Origin: Oopsacas minuta
Lineage: Eukaryota; Animalia; Porifera
NCBI GenBank assembly: GCA_024704765.1
Contig: JAKMXF010000033.1
Location: 434,001-498,000 of the forward strand
DNA: 64,000 nucleotides
Reading direction: 5' to 3'
In this document: piece by piece, positions 43,319 through 64,000 of the stretch
How the letters are laid out: the number at the start of each line of letters is the position of its first letter
Position numbering within the stretch: position 1 is the first letter of the stretch
Notes under the pieces: model-generated
What the model saw: the letters and a program-made list of their open reading frames with translations, nothing else
Told to the model about the DNA's origin: nothing
Database searches by the model: none
Position numbers and translations under genes: made by a program

Positions 43319-44254
43319 ACAATTGAATAATACAGCTACTTAGACGAAAGTACGTACTCACTAAAAATCACAAGTTTGAAAATGTCAATATGGATTGGAA
43401 GCCAAAATATGGTCCTACCTGCTACAGACCATTCGTCCATAGAATTTTGCCCCCCTGGACCAATGAATGTGTTATCACACGATACAACTCAATGAACCCA
43501 TACCAGTGAAACCTTATAAATCTTCCTTGGTTAGTATTCGGTAATTCATAGAAATACTTGTACGACTGACTACAATTATGATTAAAAATTTCATGGAAAT
43601 TTCACAGATTTGAATGTTCACAAATTAATTAACGTCACATCCCGGAAATTAGGCACGCCCATATCTTATCGTATTTATTACTGTGCCGATTTTTTTATTA
43701 CTAGCGTGCTTCGCTCGTTCGCGGCTTCGTTCTGTGCGGCTTGGGAACACAAAATGTTCGCATGAGGCTCGGCACTTCGTGCCTCGAATTAAATAGAGTA
43801 TATAAGTAGCAACATATTCACAATACGTTGGTGATAAAATCATATTTGAAATTAAATCACACTCAGTATAACGGTTGAAAGCAAGTTTCTAGGATTAATT
43901 AGAAATTGTTTATTTTATGGAACTAAACACAACAACGAATTTTCACAATACAATTATTATTATAATACAAAGTGGGCAAACAAACAAACAAACAAACACA
44001 ATTCTGGACATACTAACATTCTGTGTTTTACATTTTATTATAAGATGTACACAGATAACTGATGGCAGATAACAGAATGCTTAAGAATTAAACGAGAAAC
44101 TTGATCACTCAAACTTATAACCCTACAACTATCGTAATTTGAATCTATCATGTAATATTTATTATTTTAGGCATAACTATTATTAATTATTTTTGTCGCT
44201 ACTTCGAGCTATGATACGTATATAACTGTGTGCTTTTTGTGTATAGTTGTAGCT

Positions 44255-46282
44255 ATGCGAGGGGTACAGATCAGACAGAATGCAGCAATAGACTTCACTA
44301 GTTATTATGAGAGTGTTTGTGCTCTACACAATCAGTGTCCAGTAGTAGAGATACGTACAAGTTCTAAGACAGGATCAATTGAGTTCAGTGCTGATCGTAT
44401 GCGTTACTCAGACTGGGAACCTTTCTGTAACTCTCTAAAACTCAACCAAACTATATCCTCTCTGACAATGCATAGTAGCTTCAGAGCCGGTGTTAAGAAT
44501 CCGATAAGTAAGTTAGACCAGCTACATCTGGGTAAGAGAGTGAAACCTCCTGGATTCGTGAATAAAGACATTCTCTCTAAGATCAGCTCTGCTATACGAG
44601 GCTGTCTAGAGCACACCAGGGCACTCAGTACTCTATATATTGAAGGGATACCATTCAGAGTAAAGGTAACATATCGCATACTTACCAACACCTGCAGTAA
44701 ATATACTAATAATAATTGATATAGGATTTAGATCATATTTGTCGCGGTTTGGCAAAAAACAGAAACACACTCACTATCTTATCACTACGTCACTGCTGTT
44801 TCGGAGATGAGGGAACCGAGCTACTGTCTCGCCAAGTTAAGAACCTACCCTCTCTTACACATCTAGACCTTACAGGAAATTTACTAGGAGTCTCAGGTGC
44901 TCACGAGATAGCTAACATGCTACAACATCAAGCATTACACAGACATAGCTCTGCTTGGGAGGATTCACTTAGATCTAGGTGATTCATAGTTACAATAGTA
45001 ACCAGGAGTTTACATAGGAATTTCTGGACTGGAATTTTTTGGACGGTGCTGAACTAATTTGAGTCTTACAATCGGCACTTCGTGTCCTTCAGTTAGGTAT
45101 TTATATAATAATCTATATAGAGTTCCTCATCTCTCCAGCATGCCTGGATTACGCCGTATTACTCTAAACCATAATCCAGACATAGGAGACACAGGTTCTG
45201 GAGAGATAGCAGAAGCTCTGAGAGAGGATCTATGGGTACGAGCTGTTGACTTACAGAACTGTGGTATTTCAGAGACAGGAGCTCGCGGGTTCCAGCACTG
45301 TCTTAAATTGAATACTTCCCTATTAGTTATGGATCTACGTAATAACTCAGTTTCTGAGGCCAGTTTGAAGCTGATCTTCGAACAGTTATCTGTTAATTCT
45401 TCTACTCAACCAAATTGTGAGTTCTCTTGGAGCACGTTAGAAGCAGACCCTTACTCAGGAGAGGATTTGGTGGAAAGGATACGTACAGGAGGGAGGAGAC
45501 GGATTAGACAAGTCATATTGAAAGGTCCTCTTTTACAGCCTCCGTTTAAAGCTGGACAAGCAGCCCCTCTACCCCTCGGGACTCTCCACAAGTCCCGATC
45601 TGTTCCTCACCTCTCATCGCGCCCTCATAGTGCTTGTGGTAAGAGGAGTTCCACCCCCGTATCTGCCAGGAGGACTCTTTTTAGACCCCTCTCTGCATCC
45701 AAGGTTACCTGTGAATCTGTGACGTCACATGAGTGCTATTCCAGCAGACAACCTGATCACTCAGAACTAGTAGATGATGTCACTAGAGATGTTCCTGATA
45801 AGCTGAGCTGTCAGTTAACAGACCTGGAGCCAGGCTACACCTTCTCTACCCGATCGGTCTATTCCTCTAAGGGCAGACCGCCTACCCCACCCATTTATCA
45901 GAGTACCTCTACAGACAAACAGGTAGATAGCAGAACAGCTGATCTGTTATCTGATAATAATATATGTGATACTGATAATGAACTAGCCACCTTACAGAAT
46001 AGAGTTATGCAGTTAGAAGAGAAGATGGAAGATATGAACAGAGCTAGACAAGAGGCTGAGTATAAAGTTGTAGAGCTTGAGATTGAGAACCGCACTCTAC
46101 AGAGAAAACTTGAAATGACGTCACAAATTAGTAACATTCCATCTGAACCAGCTGCTGCTGGGGTAGATGAGTCTACTCTTGAAGCTATTGAGGAATCTCT
46201 TCAACAATTTCACGGATTTATTGATCTACTACGAAGCAACGGGTATGGACATTTATTGGCAATACTTAACAAAGAAAAGTAA
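44255..46282 (+). CDS. CEP78: Centrosomal protein 78 (LRR), 3 visible exons
   Basis: The N-terminus DFTSYYESVCALHNQCP...FSADRMRYSDWEP..SLKLN matches CEP78. LRRs follow (LTHLDLTGNLLG, GLRRITLNHNP, WVRAVDLQNCG), then a C-terminal coiled coil. Confidence 0.88.
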
Positions 46283-46595
46283 TTCTTTGTTTGTTTTATT
46301 CTTTTACTGACTACTGTTCTATTATTAACCTATGATATTACTTCATTTATGACACTTTACATGGTCATACCTCGGAAAATAAAAGTCCATTTTATATACT
46401 CAAAATTGCAAAAATGTAGGTAAGAGTGTCCTCTTCCCGAAAGATTATGTCTCAGGATAATTTGTCCTACCATAATTACGCTATACTGGAGCCTTAGCAT
46501 GGTTGTTTTTATTGGCAATTTATGTTTATTAGTTTGCACCTTGTTTAGCATATGTTTGTATGCTTCAACTGAAAAATCTATTCACTAAACTGAGC

Positions 46596-47084
46596 ATGGG
46601 ACAGACGCCCAGTGGCCGGTCCTCTCCAGGCTCAATAGTAACCGTCAGTTCAGCACCAGAGCAGCAGAAGAGGATAGAACAGAATAAACGGTTACAAGCT
46701 CTATCTGAACTACCTATATTCCTACCATTATTCTCTACTAACACACAATATGAGTTCTATATAGAGCGACATGAAAATCTTAATCCACGTATACTCCTCT
46801 CAGCATGTTCACATCTAAATCAGTTCCTGCAATACTCAGTACATCCTGTAGTTGAGAGGGAGAACATGTTATGTCAAGATATTAAACAGCTGGAGCAGAA
46901 AGCAGCTGTTGTGTATCATAAATGTAACGCACGATACAACCTTCTAACCAAGATAGTGCCTCATTTGAAACGTGTACAGGAAGTTAATAAGGAGCTAAGA
47001 TTCATGGGGGAACAAGTTAATATATGTTTCTCTCTTATTGGAAGAGTAGAGAACCTTCTAAAACAGCTTGAGTCTATTTCTTGA
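46596..47084 (+). CDS. BORCS5: BLOC-1-related complex subunit 5 (myrlysin/LOH12CR1)
   Basis: MGQTPS myristoylation-type start, IVTV and ELPIFLPL motifs, then coiled coils in the BORCS5 pattern. Confidence 0.72.
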   Translation: MGQTPSGRSSPGSIVTVSSAPEQQKRIEQNKRLQALSELPIFLPLFSTNTQYEFYIERHENLNPRILLSACSHLNQFLQYSVHPVVERENMLCQDIKQLEQKAAVVYHKCNARYNLLTKIVPHLKRVQEVNKELRFMGEQVNICFSLIGRVENLLKQLESIS

Positions 47085-47178
47085 TATGTAATCTCAGTTG
47101 TTGATGAGTTTACATATGATAAATGGGATATATTGGTAGACAAATGTTCTCTCATTTATTTCTACATAATTAGTTATA

Positions 47179-47362
47179 CAGCCAATTCCCGTTATATCGA
47201 AGTTAAAGAAACCGCGATAGTTTCATCGTTGTAAGCAGAGTTCGATCTAATTGGTGAAATATATGCTACTTTGATGATTTCTAACCATATTTGCACGATT
47301 TAAGACTTAGATATAAACGGGTATTTTGATATATCCGTGTTCGATATAACCGGGGTTGACTG
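47179..47362. mobile_element. MITE family A copy between BORCS5 and the kinase
   Basis: TA-flanked; TIR cagccaattcccgttatatcgaa / ttcgatataaccggggttgactg. Confidence 0.75.
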
Positions 47363-47434
47363 TACTTATGGTGCTAGTTTTAATATATATCACTTTCCAA
47401 TTATTCATTAGCTGAACTCTCCAACAGCTGTAAA

Positions 47435-57091
<9,657 letters not shown>

Positions 57092-59070
57092 AGCTTGTAT
57101 AGATTGCCTCTGATAAGTGTCATAAAGACGATAAATCAGAGATATAGAAGCAATTAGAATGTCTCCTTGAAGCATGTAGACGCTGTCCTAAAATTTGCAT
57201 GCATAGACTCTGCACCCACTCGATAATTAGCTCATATTAAAAATATGTTATCTATGGAAGTTCCTTTATTTAGCCCTCAATGGGGGCTAAAACACACGAC
57301 TCCAACTAACAATTTCTGATGAGTACAGTACACAATTAATTCGTACTTATCAGTCCTGTCTCTTAAATAATAGCTACTAAATCATATCAACCAGTACACT
57401 CACTAATTTGTAATTTATGGATTAAGTAAATCGCATTAAAATATTAATTATTGTACCTAGAAAGTCTACACTCATATTTTTCGCAATATCGCACGGATTT
57501 TCTGATGAGTAGAGTTATAAAATTCCTCGAAATTAATTACTAATAACCAGAATGGTGACAAGAGCTAATATCTGTATTATTATTATTATCATTCTGATTA
57601 AAATGTTTAATTATTTAAAATTTGGTAAATTTACGGCCAAATAAATTCTACAATTATCCTAGTGTATTTCTAATTAATAGGGGCTAATTGTGTTGAACCA
57701 AATTCTCTTGTATTAGTGTATTAACAGCATTGCATTACTTGTAAAGTTGTTATTTATTAAAACATATGAGTGTAGATTATGTTCTAATTACAAATATTGT
57801 AACTTTCATATGAAATGCTTTTGGGGGGTAGAGTATTATTTTATTGATTATAATTACTTAATAAAGATTATAATTAATTTATTAATTGGCTGGAATATAG
57901 CAAAACAATCATTGTAGTCCCTACCTACCAATTATTTTTGCAGAAGTCTGGGACAAGTGAACTTTACAATTGCGTAGGCAGCCCGAGCTGAACCGCATCC
58001 CATGCTCTCTGGCAATACCAATACATATATCGAAGCTTTGGGTATCGCGGAGATTACTTCGATATATGCTGGAGTTCGATATAACGGGGTGAAATTTATG
58101 TTACTTTGTCGGTTTGGGACCATATTTGTACAATCTCAGGCTTCGATATAATGGGAGTTGACTGTATATCGTTTTAGTTATTTGAGTATAATACAATAGG
58201 TTGTATATTTGTATGGTGATTCCCTCGGAATTTCCCGAAATTCACTGAAAAATTAATAAATGTACATTCTTTAGCCTACATCTTCAAAGAGACTCAGAAG
58301 TTTGCTCATCAGACCTTTCAAATCCGCGAAAAAGAAACCTTGACCCACCTCCCTCCCCCCCCTTCATCATTCTTAGTTAATATTATTTATTCATAATTGT
58401 ATATATATTTATGACTTAACTAATTAGTAAGAATAAACGTTTTTATGCTTCTACACAATTCTTATAATTTTTCACTGCAACTTATATTTTGTATTAGCGT
58501 ATTGTGTCAGCGTAGTTTAGATTATTTTCGTTATTTTGTATATTCTCGTCTTTATACGCGAGATTAGTCCATGAATAGGGACGCGAACATTGTTAACGTT
58601 ATAAAACGTTGAACAAGACAGCAGTACATCTCCATATAAGTTATGTAAAATGCTGCCTAACTCCTATTGCCCTGGCTGTATTAATTTCCATTACTAAAAT
58701 GTGTTATGACTAATGCTTAGCCTCTAGTGGGTATTGTGTAGGGTATATCAGGGGCGGTGCAACAGTCAGAGATGTCCTGACTACTTTACTCCTTGGCCTA
58801 TTCAAATGTATCGCCTGACCGCCACATAACACCCGCGCCTGCTTTGTATATACATTAATAAAGAGGGCCAAAGGTCAGATGCCCACAATTATGTATCTGG
58901 AATCTTTCTTGTATATTCGTTAGTAATTATCCTTACAGTTATTTGATGCTAAAATGAACAATTCTAAGATATATTTCAAATGTATATATACATGCATACT
59001 CGAATATCACACTCGATAAAATAAAATACTGTCTGCATTATCCTAATTAATTCTTCAATCTGTATCACTA

Positions 59071-62000
59071 TTAATTAACTTTGAATTCATCAGAGACTGG
59101 AATGAATAGAGAAGTTCGTGGCTTGTTGTCAACAGATCTTGATTTATGTCCCTCTCCTAAAATTCTTGCTTTCATTAATTTGTGTCTCTTAGCTAATTAA
59201 TAATTAATTTTCAATGTTTTAGAAATGTCTATTATTGAATTTTGTGTTTTTGACAAAAGAAATATTCGTCAAATCCCTCAGTCTATTTGCTAATTAATTA
59301 ATTAATTCAATTGTTCATTAATATGACATAGTTACATCTGAGGTATATAGGTATGTGATTGTGTTATGTTAGTGTGTTCAGTGGTCATAACAAGCTACTA
59401 AATAGGCTATTGAATATTTTAACTTAAAGACCTGTTGTGTAATTGCTTCCCCCCATGGCCCCACGCGTATATTATTTTCACCGAAATTACACACAAAACA
59501 ATCAAAAAATATCTTGCCTAGATATTTCATGATATAACAATGAGATTTGGAAAATAATCATTTCTGTGAAAACAGGGAAATTATTCATAATCCGGTCGAT
59601 GAGGGGTTTATTTGTCAAATTTTTAGTGTTGATATGTAATAAACTGTCTGTTAATTAAATTCATAAATCCACACAAATACAATACAATACCGCATAATGT
59701 ATATTAATTGTACTTTGAGGTAATTATTTAATTTCGAAAATATTTGAACAAATTTCTTTACTAAAATTTTACTTTTGGGTTAGATTTACATTTATTTATT
59801 TATCCCTAGTTTCTAATAAATAGATTTCTGCAAATCATTTGAGTCAATAAATCTACATTAGCAAACCTTGCGTATCCTCTAGGAGAAACACTCCTCCTTG
59901 TGGAATTATTCTCTTCTCTCCACTGCTGACCTCTATCTCTAGCGAAGCGTCTAAATTAATCACGAACTGTCTCCTGGGAGCTTGGTGCCAGTTGTAGTCA
60001 TAGTTCCCTGGTGTTGTGCGAAATATAATTCCTTTTGTGGGTATCAGCTTTGATAACGAACCGATAAGACCTAAACAGATTAACCATAAACCTTTTATAT
60101 AGTGTAATGATTAATAAATACATTGTTGATACCTCTAATAGATCTGTCAACTATAATTTATGGATGTCCATACTGATACATTGGTTAGCTTAGCAGTAAT
60201 AGTTCTTTTAAGTAAAATGCTATGTACGCGAAATCTCGCTCCAATTTACACTTTTTGGATATATCAAAATATCCCAAACTTCCCGGAATAGCGGGGTAAA
60301 TGATATAGAGGATCTACCCTTGAGATGTGTGCATTATCTAATCGAGAGGACAGATAGAATAGCTCTTAACATATTAATTGTTGCACAACTCCTCACACTT
60401 AATACGTAGACTGATACATGAATAAATTCGAATAATATATTCAGCATAAATGATAGTCTCTTGCTCTCTAAGAGGTTGTGTAACTGCCTGCCTCCTAGTG
60501 CCATCTGTTAGAAAATATGCGTAATTATTACTATTCATTATTCATGAGATTATGTAAGAGTGTTACTGATAAAATATTACAGAAGTGAAACGGAGACATT
60601 TTGCATTTATGAAAAGTCTGAACAATTTCTTACAATTTTAACATTACTCATACATATATGTACTGTTTAGTGTCTGTTGTGGCTCTATTTCAATATTACC
60701 TAATCAGATAACAATTGTAGATTAGCAAAACTAAATTTATACAAAATCAGCTGTAAGGATATTTCGAAGTTTGTCGGAAGCTTAAAGAGCGGTACTAAAT
60801 TGATAATATTTGGTTAATTTCAACATGGAAACGCTTATGGTACTATGGAACGCTCAGCAATTGATTTATCGTGATTAGTTAATAAACATAAATAAAACTA
60901 ATCGGCAAATCCAATAGAAAGTGTTAGATAAACAGATTCGTATCCTTCTAGGAAATAGTATAATTATTGTATAATCAATAGAACGCTCAAGTAATCCTTT
61001 TTATGTTTGTATTGCAATTTTTGGCTACATTTCTTGTTGGGTAGATCTTCGTTATTAGATCTTTTGTTAATGAATTTTAATGTCGCGCTTAAAATGAAGG
61101 CCAAACCTTTGTTTGATCAATATAAGAAGTATTACTGTCATAATAGTGCCCATTCAGACAATTATTGTGGATTATTTGAGCCAGTTGTAATTCACATATC
61201 TGGCGCGCCATTGAATACTAAATTCTTGATTATTATGACCCAGAATTTGTAAGTTTTATATTATGGACAAAACTATATCTACATATCTACTGTAGCAAAA
61301 TACGTTATTCTATACAGTCATTCCTGTATATTGAACACGGATATATCGAAGTCTGTAATTAAGGAAATATGGTACAAACCGTAAAAATAACATAGATTAC
61401 AACGATTATATCAAACTGGCACATATCGAAGGAATTTCGCAGGCCCTTGAGCTTCGATATAACAAGAGTTCACTATATTCCATTGAATATTTAAGTAACA
61501 GCTAACAAGGCACAAGGATAGATGATTTAATCTACACGGTGCTTCGTCTAGCACTTGTACTATCAAACTACTCTTTCGCATTTTAAAATTTCCTATGATA
61601 ACGTGATGTCCACAAGGTCCTCTGGACCTGAAACAAGTTCATCTTAACACTCATATTTAATAAAAGATCAAAACAAAACTGATAATTGTGCAAGTAATCT
61701 ATATCCCAGCTGTTATAGTTCTCAGGGTCTATTGGAGTTTCACAAGCTTACTTTATACTATGATAGAATCTAAAAAATCATTTCATTAATTCCCAACCAC
61801 CAATACAATTCAACTTTTAAAGCCTTTATCTTTCATGTGGTGAGTGCATACAAAAGAAATCCTGATAATCTCCCTTAATTAACAAACGAGGATTACAGCG
61901 TCAGTGGTCAGCAACAGTTCATGTACATTCCAACAGATACCAAATTGCATTGAATAAATTTTGGATTTTTCCGTACAAGTACCAGAAAATCAAGAAAAAG

Positions 62001-62236
62001 TTGATACAAATGTCCCAATGCTTTCAAGCGTGGTTAGGACAGTAAGCATAATTACCTGAAGGAAGTAGGTCGATATTGAAATCTGCAAATTTTGACTTTC
62101 CATCATCATCACAATAAACCCTAGTCACTTTAAATTTTCTATCTCCCTCGTTACCAAATAGCCTTTGTGGAATGACAGCCTTATTCACAGTCATTTTGGA
62201 AATATTGAGACTTAGCATTCCTAGCACCGATAACAT
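59071..62236 (-). CDS. Small cupin-fold protein of a type common in bacteria; 3 exons (62236-62056, 60070-59867, 59156-59071), 156 aa
   Basis: The spliced frame is open with phase-1 GT-AG introns: TRVYCDDDGKSKF, then IFRTTPGNYDYNWHQAPRRQFVINLD..LEIEVSSGEKR..GGVFLLEDTQG, then EGHKSRSVDNKPRTSLFIPV. Confidence 0.8.
61315..61475. mobile_element. MITE family A copy in cupin intron 1
   Basis: Degenerate TIRs plus the shared gaacacggatatatcgaa and ccttgagcttcgatataac blocks. Confidence 0.65.
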
Positions 62237-63704
62237 TCCTTCTTTTGATATTTGTTGCTAGGTAGAATAATTAACAAGGGAGTCAGGAATCCACGAATTG
62301 GAATTCGAAATAAATAAACTAGAAACTAGAAACTAGTGATAGTGCTTGATTTACTAGCCTGTACAAAGTCCTCAGTATATCGTGTAAAATACGTACGAAC
62401 TTCGCGCTTAATTTATTATCGTTATTGGTAATTAAAACCGCGATATTCAATCATATTTGTGGTCGATAGACTACTCAAACCTAATTCTACAAACACAATA
62501 CACCCTTTGAAAAATAATCATGAGAAAACTATCTTTTTACGACTTCAACAAATTCACAAAAGCCTAAAACAAATATTCTTGGTAAGATACAAGTTTACTG
62601 ATATCTGTACAGTTATCTCTCCTGTATAATAATACTATATTATTTGATACGGTTATTAGGGTTAAATATTCGATCAAATTTGATCATTACGATCTCATTA
62701 AAAATGGGAAAAAGGATTATGATCCAGATAGTACGAAATGAATCGAGGAATCATGGTTCCATCACCAGTTAGAACCATCAAAAAATGTAATGAAATATAA
62801 CTGTAATTATCGGTTATGCTATGCTAACCCTCTAGTATGGATGTCTAACATTTTAAGACAAATTGTCTTTGGACACTATTTACCCTTTTTAATGCTTTCA
62901 TTTGGTTATTAAATTTCGTATTTGGATGGCAGGATTAAATATTACTTCCTCTTATATTATTCTCTTGAATAATCCTTAATATTGTTTGAGGTTAATTATC
63001 CTGTTTTGATCCAAAAACAGTATAATTTACCCAAAGAGCTTACGATTGATGTCTACATAGCTCTAGGCACCAGTCTAATCATGATACTTTTCAATAACCC
63101 GAGTGGTCAGATAATTTCATGGTCCATATATGGAATTGTATCCAGATCAAATTAGATTGACTTTCTTGACCCAAGACAATTTGATATTCAATAACTCCAA
63201 CGCGATTTTCCTAAGTCTACACAACAAAACACACAAAGCAACAACTTAATTAGCTAGATATTGTCAAATATCATATCGGCGATAAGTAGATTAATTGAGA
63301 TCAGCACAATTATTTATTTGAATTATCCCTTCACGAATTTTCAAGAATATTTTAAGGGGCAATTCTAGTGTTGTAGTTTAAAATTACATAATTAATTACA
63401 TACACGAAAATATAGTAACATACCTAATCCAGTATCTGGTTACCAGGAAAATATATAGATTTTAGCAACCATAAGAAAAGAAATATCCACTAAATGTTTC
63501 ATTTAAATATTAGAGAATATTAATACTAATAATTATTACCACAGTTGCTCAATGTTAGACTAATATTTGTAACTATAAATGATAATTACTGTCCTTTGTA
63601 TTATTTAGTAATTAAACCGATTGTTTTATAATTTCCGCTGTTGTGTGGTCAGAATAGAGGAGATATTCTTTGCTAGAGGTTATATCACAATTAATATTGA
63701 TATG

Positions 63705-63870
63705 CAGTAGACTCTGCCTGATAGGGTCACATCGAGAACAGGCCATTTTCACGCGTTAAGCGGAATACAGGTGTTGCTCCGATTAACCGGAGTAATCAAC
63801 ACTATTTGTATGGTTCTTGTTCTGACCAAGTGACATGATTAACCGTGGCTCTATTAAAAGATGTCGACTG
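63705..63870. mobile_element. Degenerate MITE (cagtagactc ... gtcgactg-TA)
   Basis: Short inverted ends and a ccgattaaccggag block shared with about 8628-8672. Confidence 0.4.
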
Positions 63871-64000
63871 TAATTACAAATATGAATTTTACAACATTGG
63901 AGTGATTAATAAATGCTCTCAACTCAGCCTTTGATCCTTGAGTTGTAGTTACACGCTAACTTAGTCTAGTTAGCACAATGTAAGCATATAATAGATTACT

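Noticed and set aside
60420-60510. AG-preceded open stretch in cupin intron 1 as an extra exon
   Set aside because: The cupin aligns continuously without it and the translation has no cupin features.
61007-61252. 81-aa plus-strand ORF inside the cupin intron
   Set aside because: It has a non-ATG start, no motif and intron-like composition.
62300-64000. Possible gene at the window end
   Set aside because: It is AT-rich with only short frames and a degenerate MITE; nothing is supportable.

Overview
This is eukaryotic, AT-rich, gene-dense genomic DNA with short GT-AG introns. The gene set (glypican-like, TRAF, KHDRBS, CEP78, SELENOK) is animal. The compactness recalls a sponge such as the glass sponge Oopsacas, but that assignment is a guess. 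I saw no rRNA, tRNA or CRISPR array. Housekeeping genes are sortilin, GATAD1, KHDRBS, ACSS2 (an NHL-repeat gene is nested antisense in one of its introns), KATNAL2, neuferricin, selenoprotein K with its SECIS, CEP78, BORCS5 and a HUNK-like kinase. A 3-exon bacterial-type cupin gene is missed by the ORF track. The highlight is a cluster of five intronless paralogs at 18226-33882. They encode signal-peptide-less proteins with an AIG1/Toc34/septin-like P-loop GTPase, a small helical domain and a MACPF-like domain. The two plus-strand copies end in CaaX prenylation boxes. The three minus-strand copies end in a Hedgehog-type Hog (Hint plus sterol-recognition-like) autoprocessing module, and two of these carry an extra Cys1-to-Gly pseudo-Hint. 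The Hint cassette is near-identical between otherwise divergent paralogs, starting exactly at the catalytic Cys codon. My inference is a candidate cell-autonomous immune effector family (GTPase-controlled, lipid-anchored intracellular pore former) with two interchangeable membrane-anchoring chemistries. Also present are two divergent glypican-like genes, a long TRAF-like gene, a near-perfect 464-bp inverted duplication covering a kinase exon, and several MITE families. All domain calls come from manual motif reading; no database search was run.
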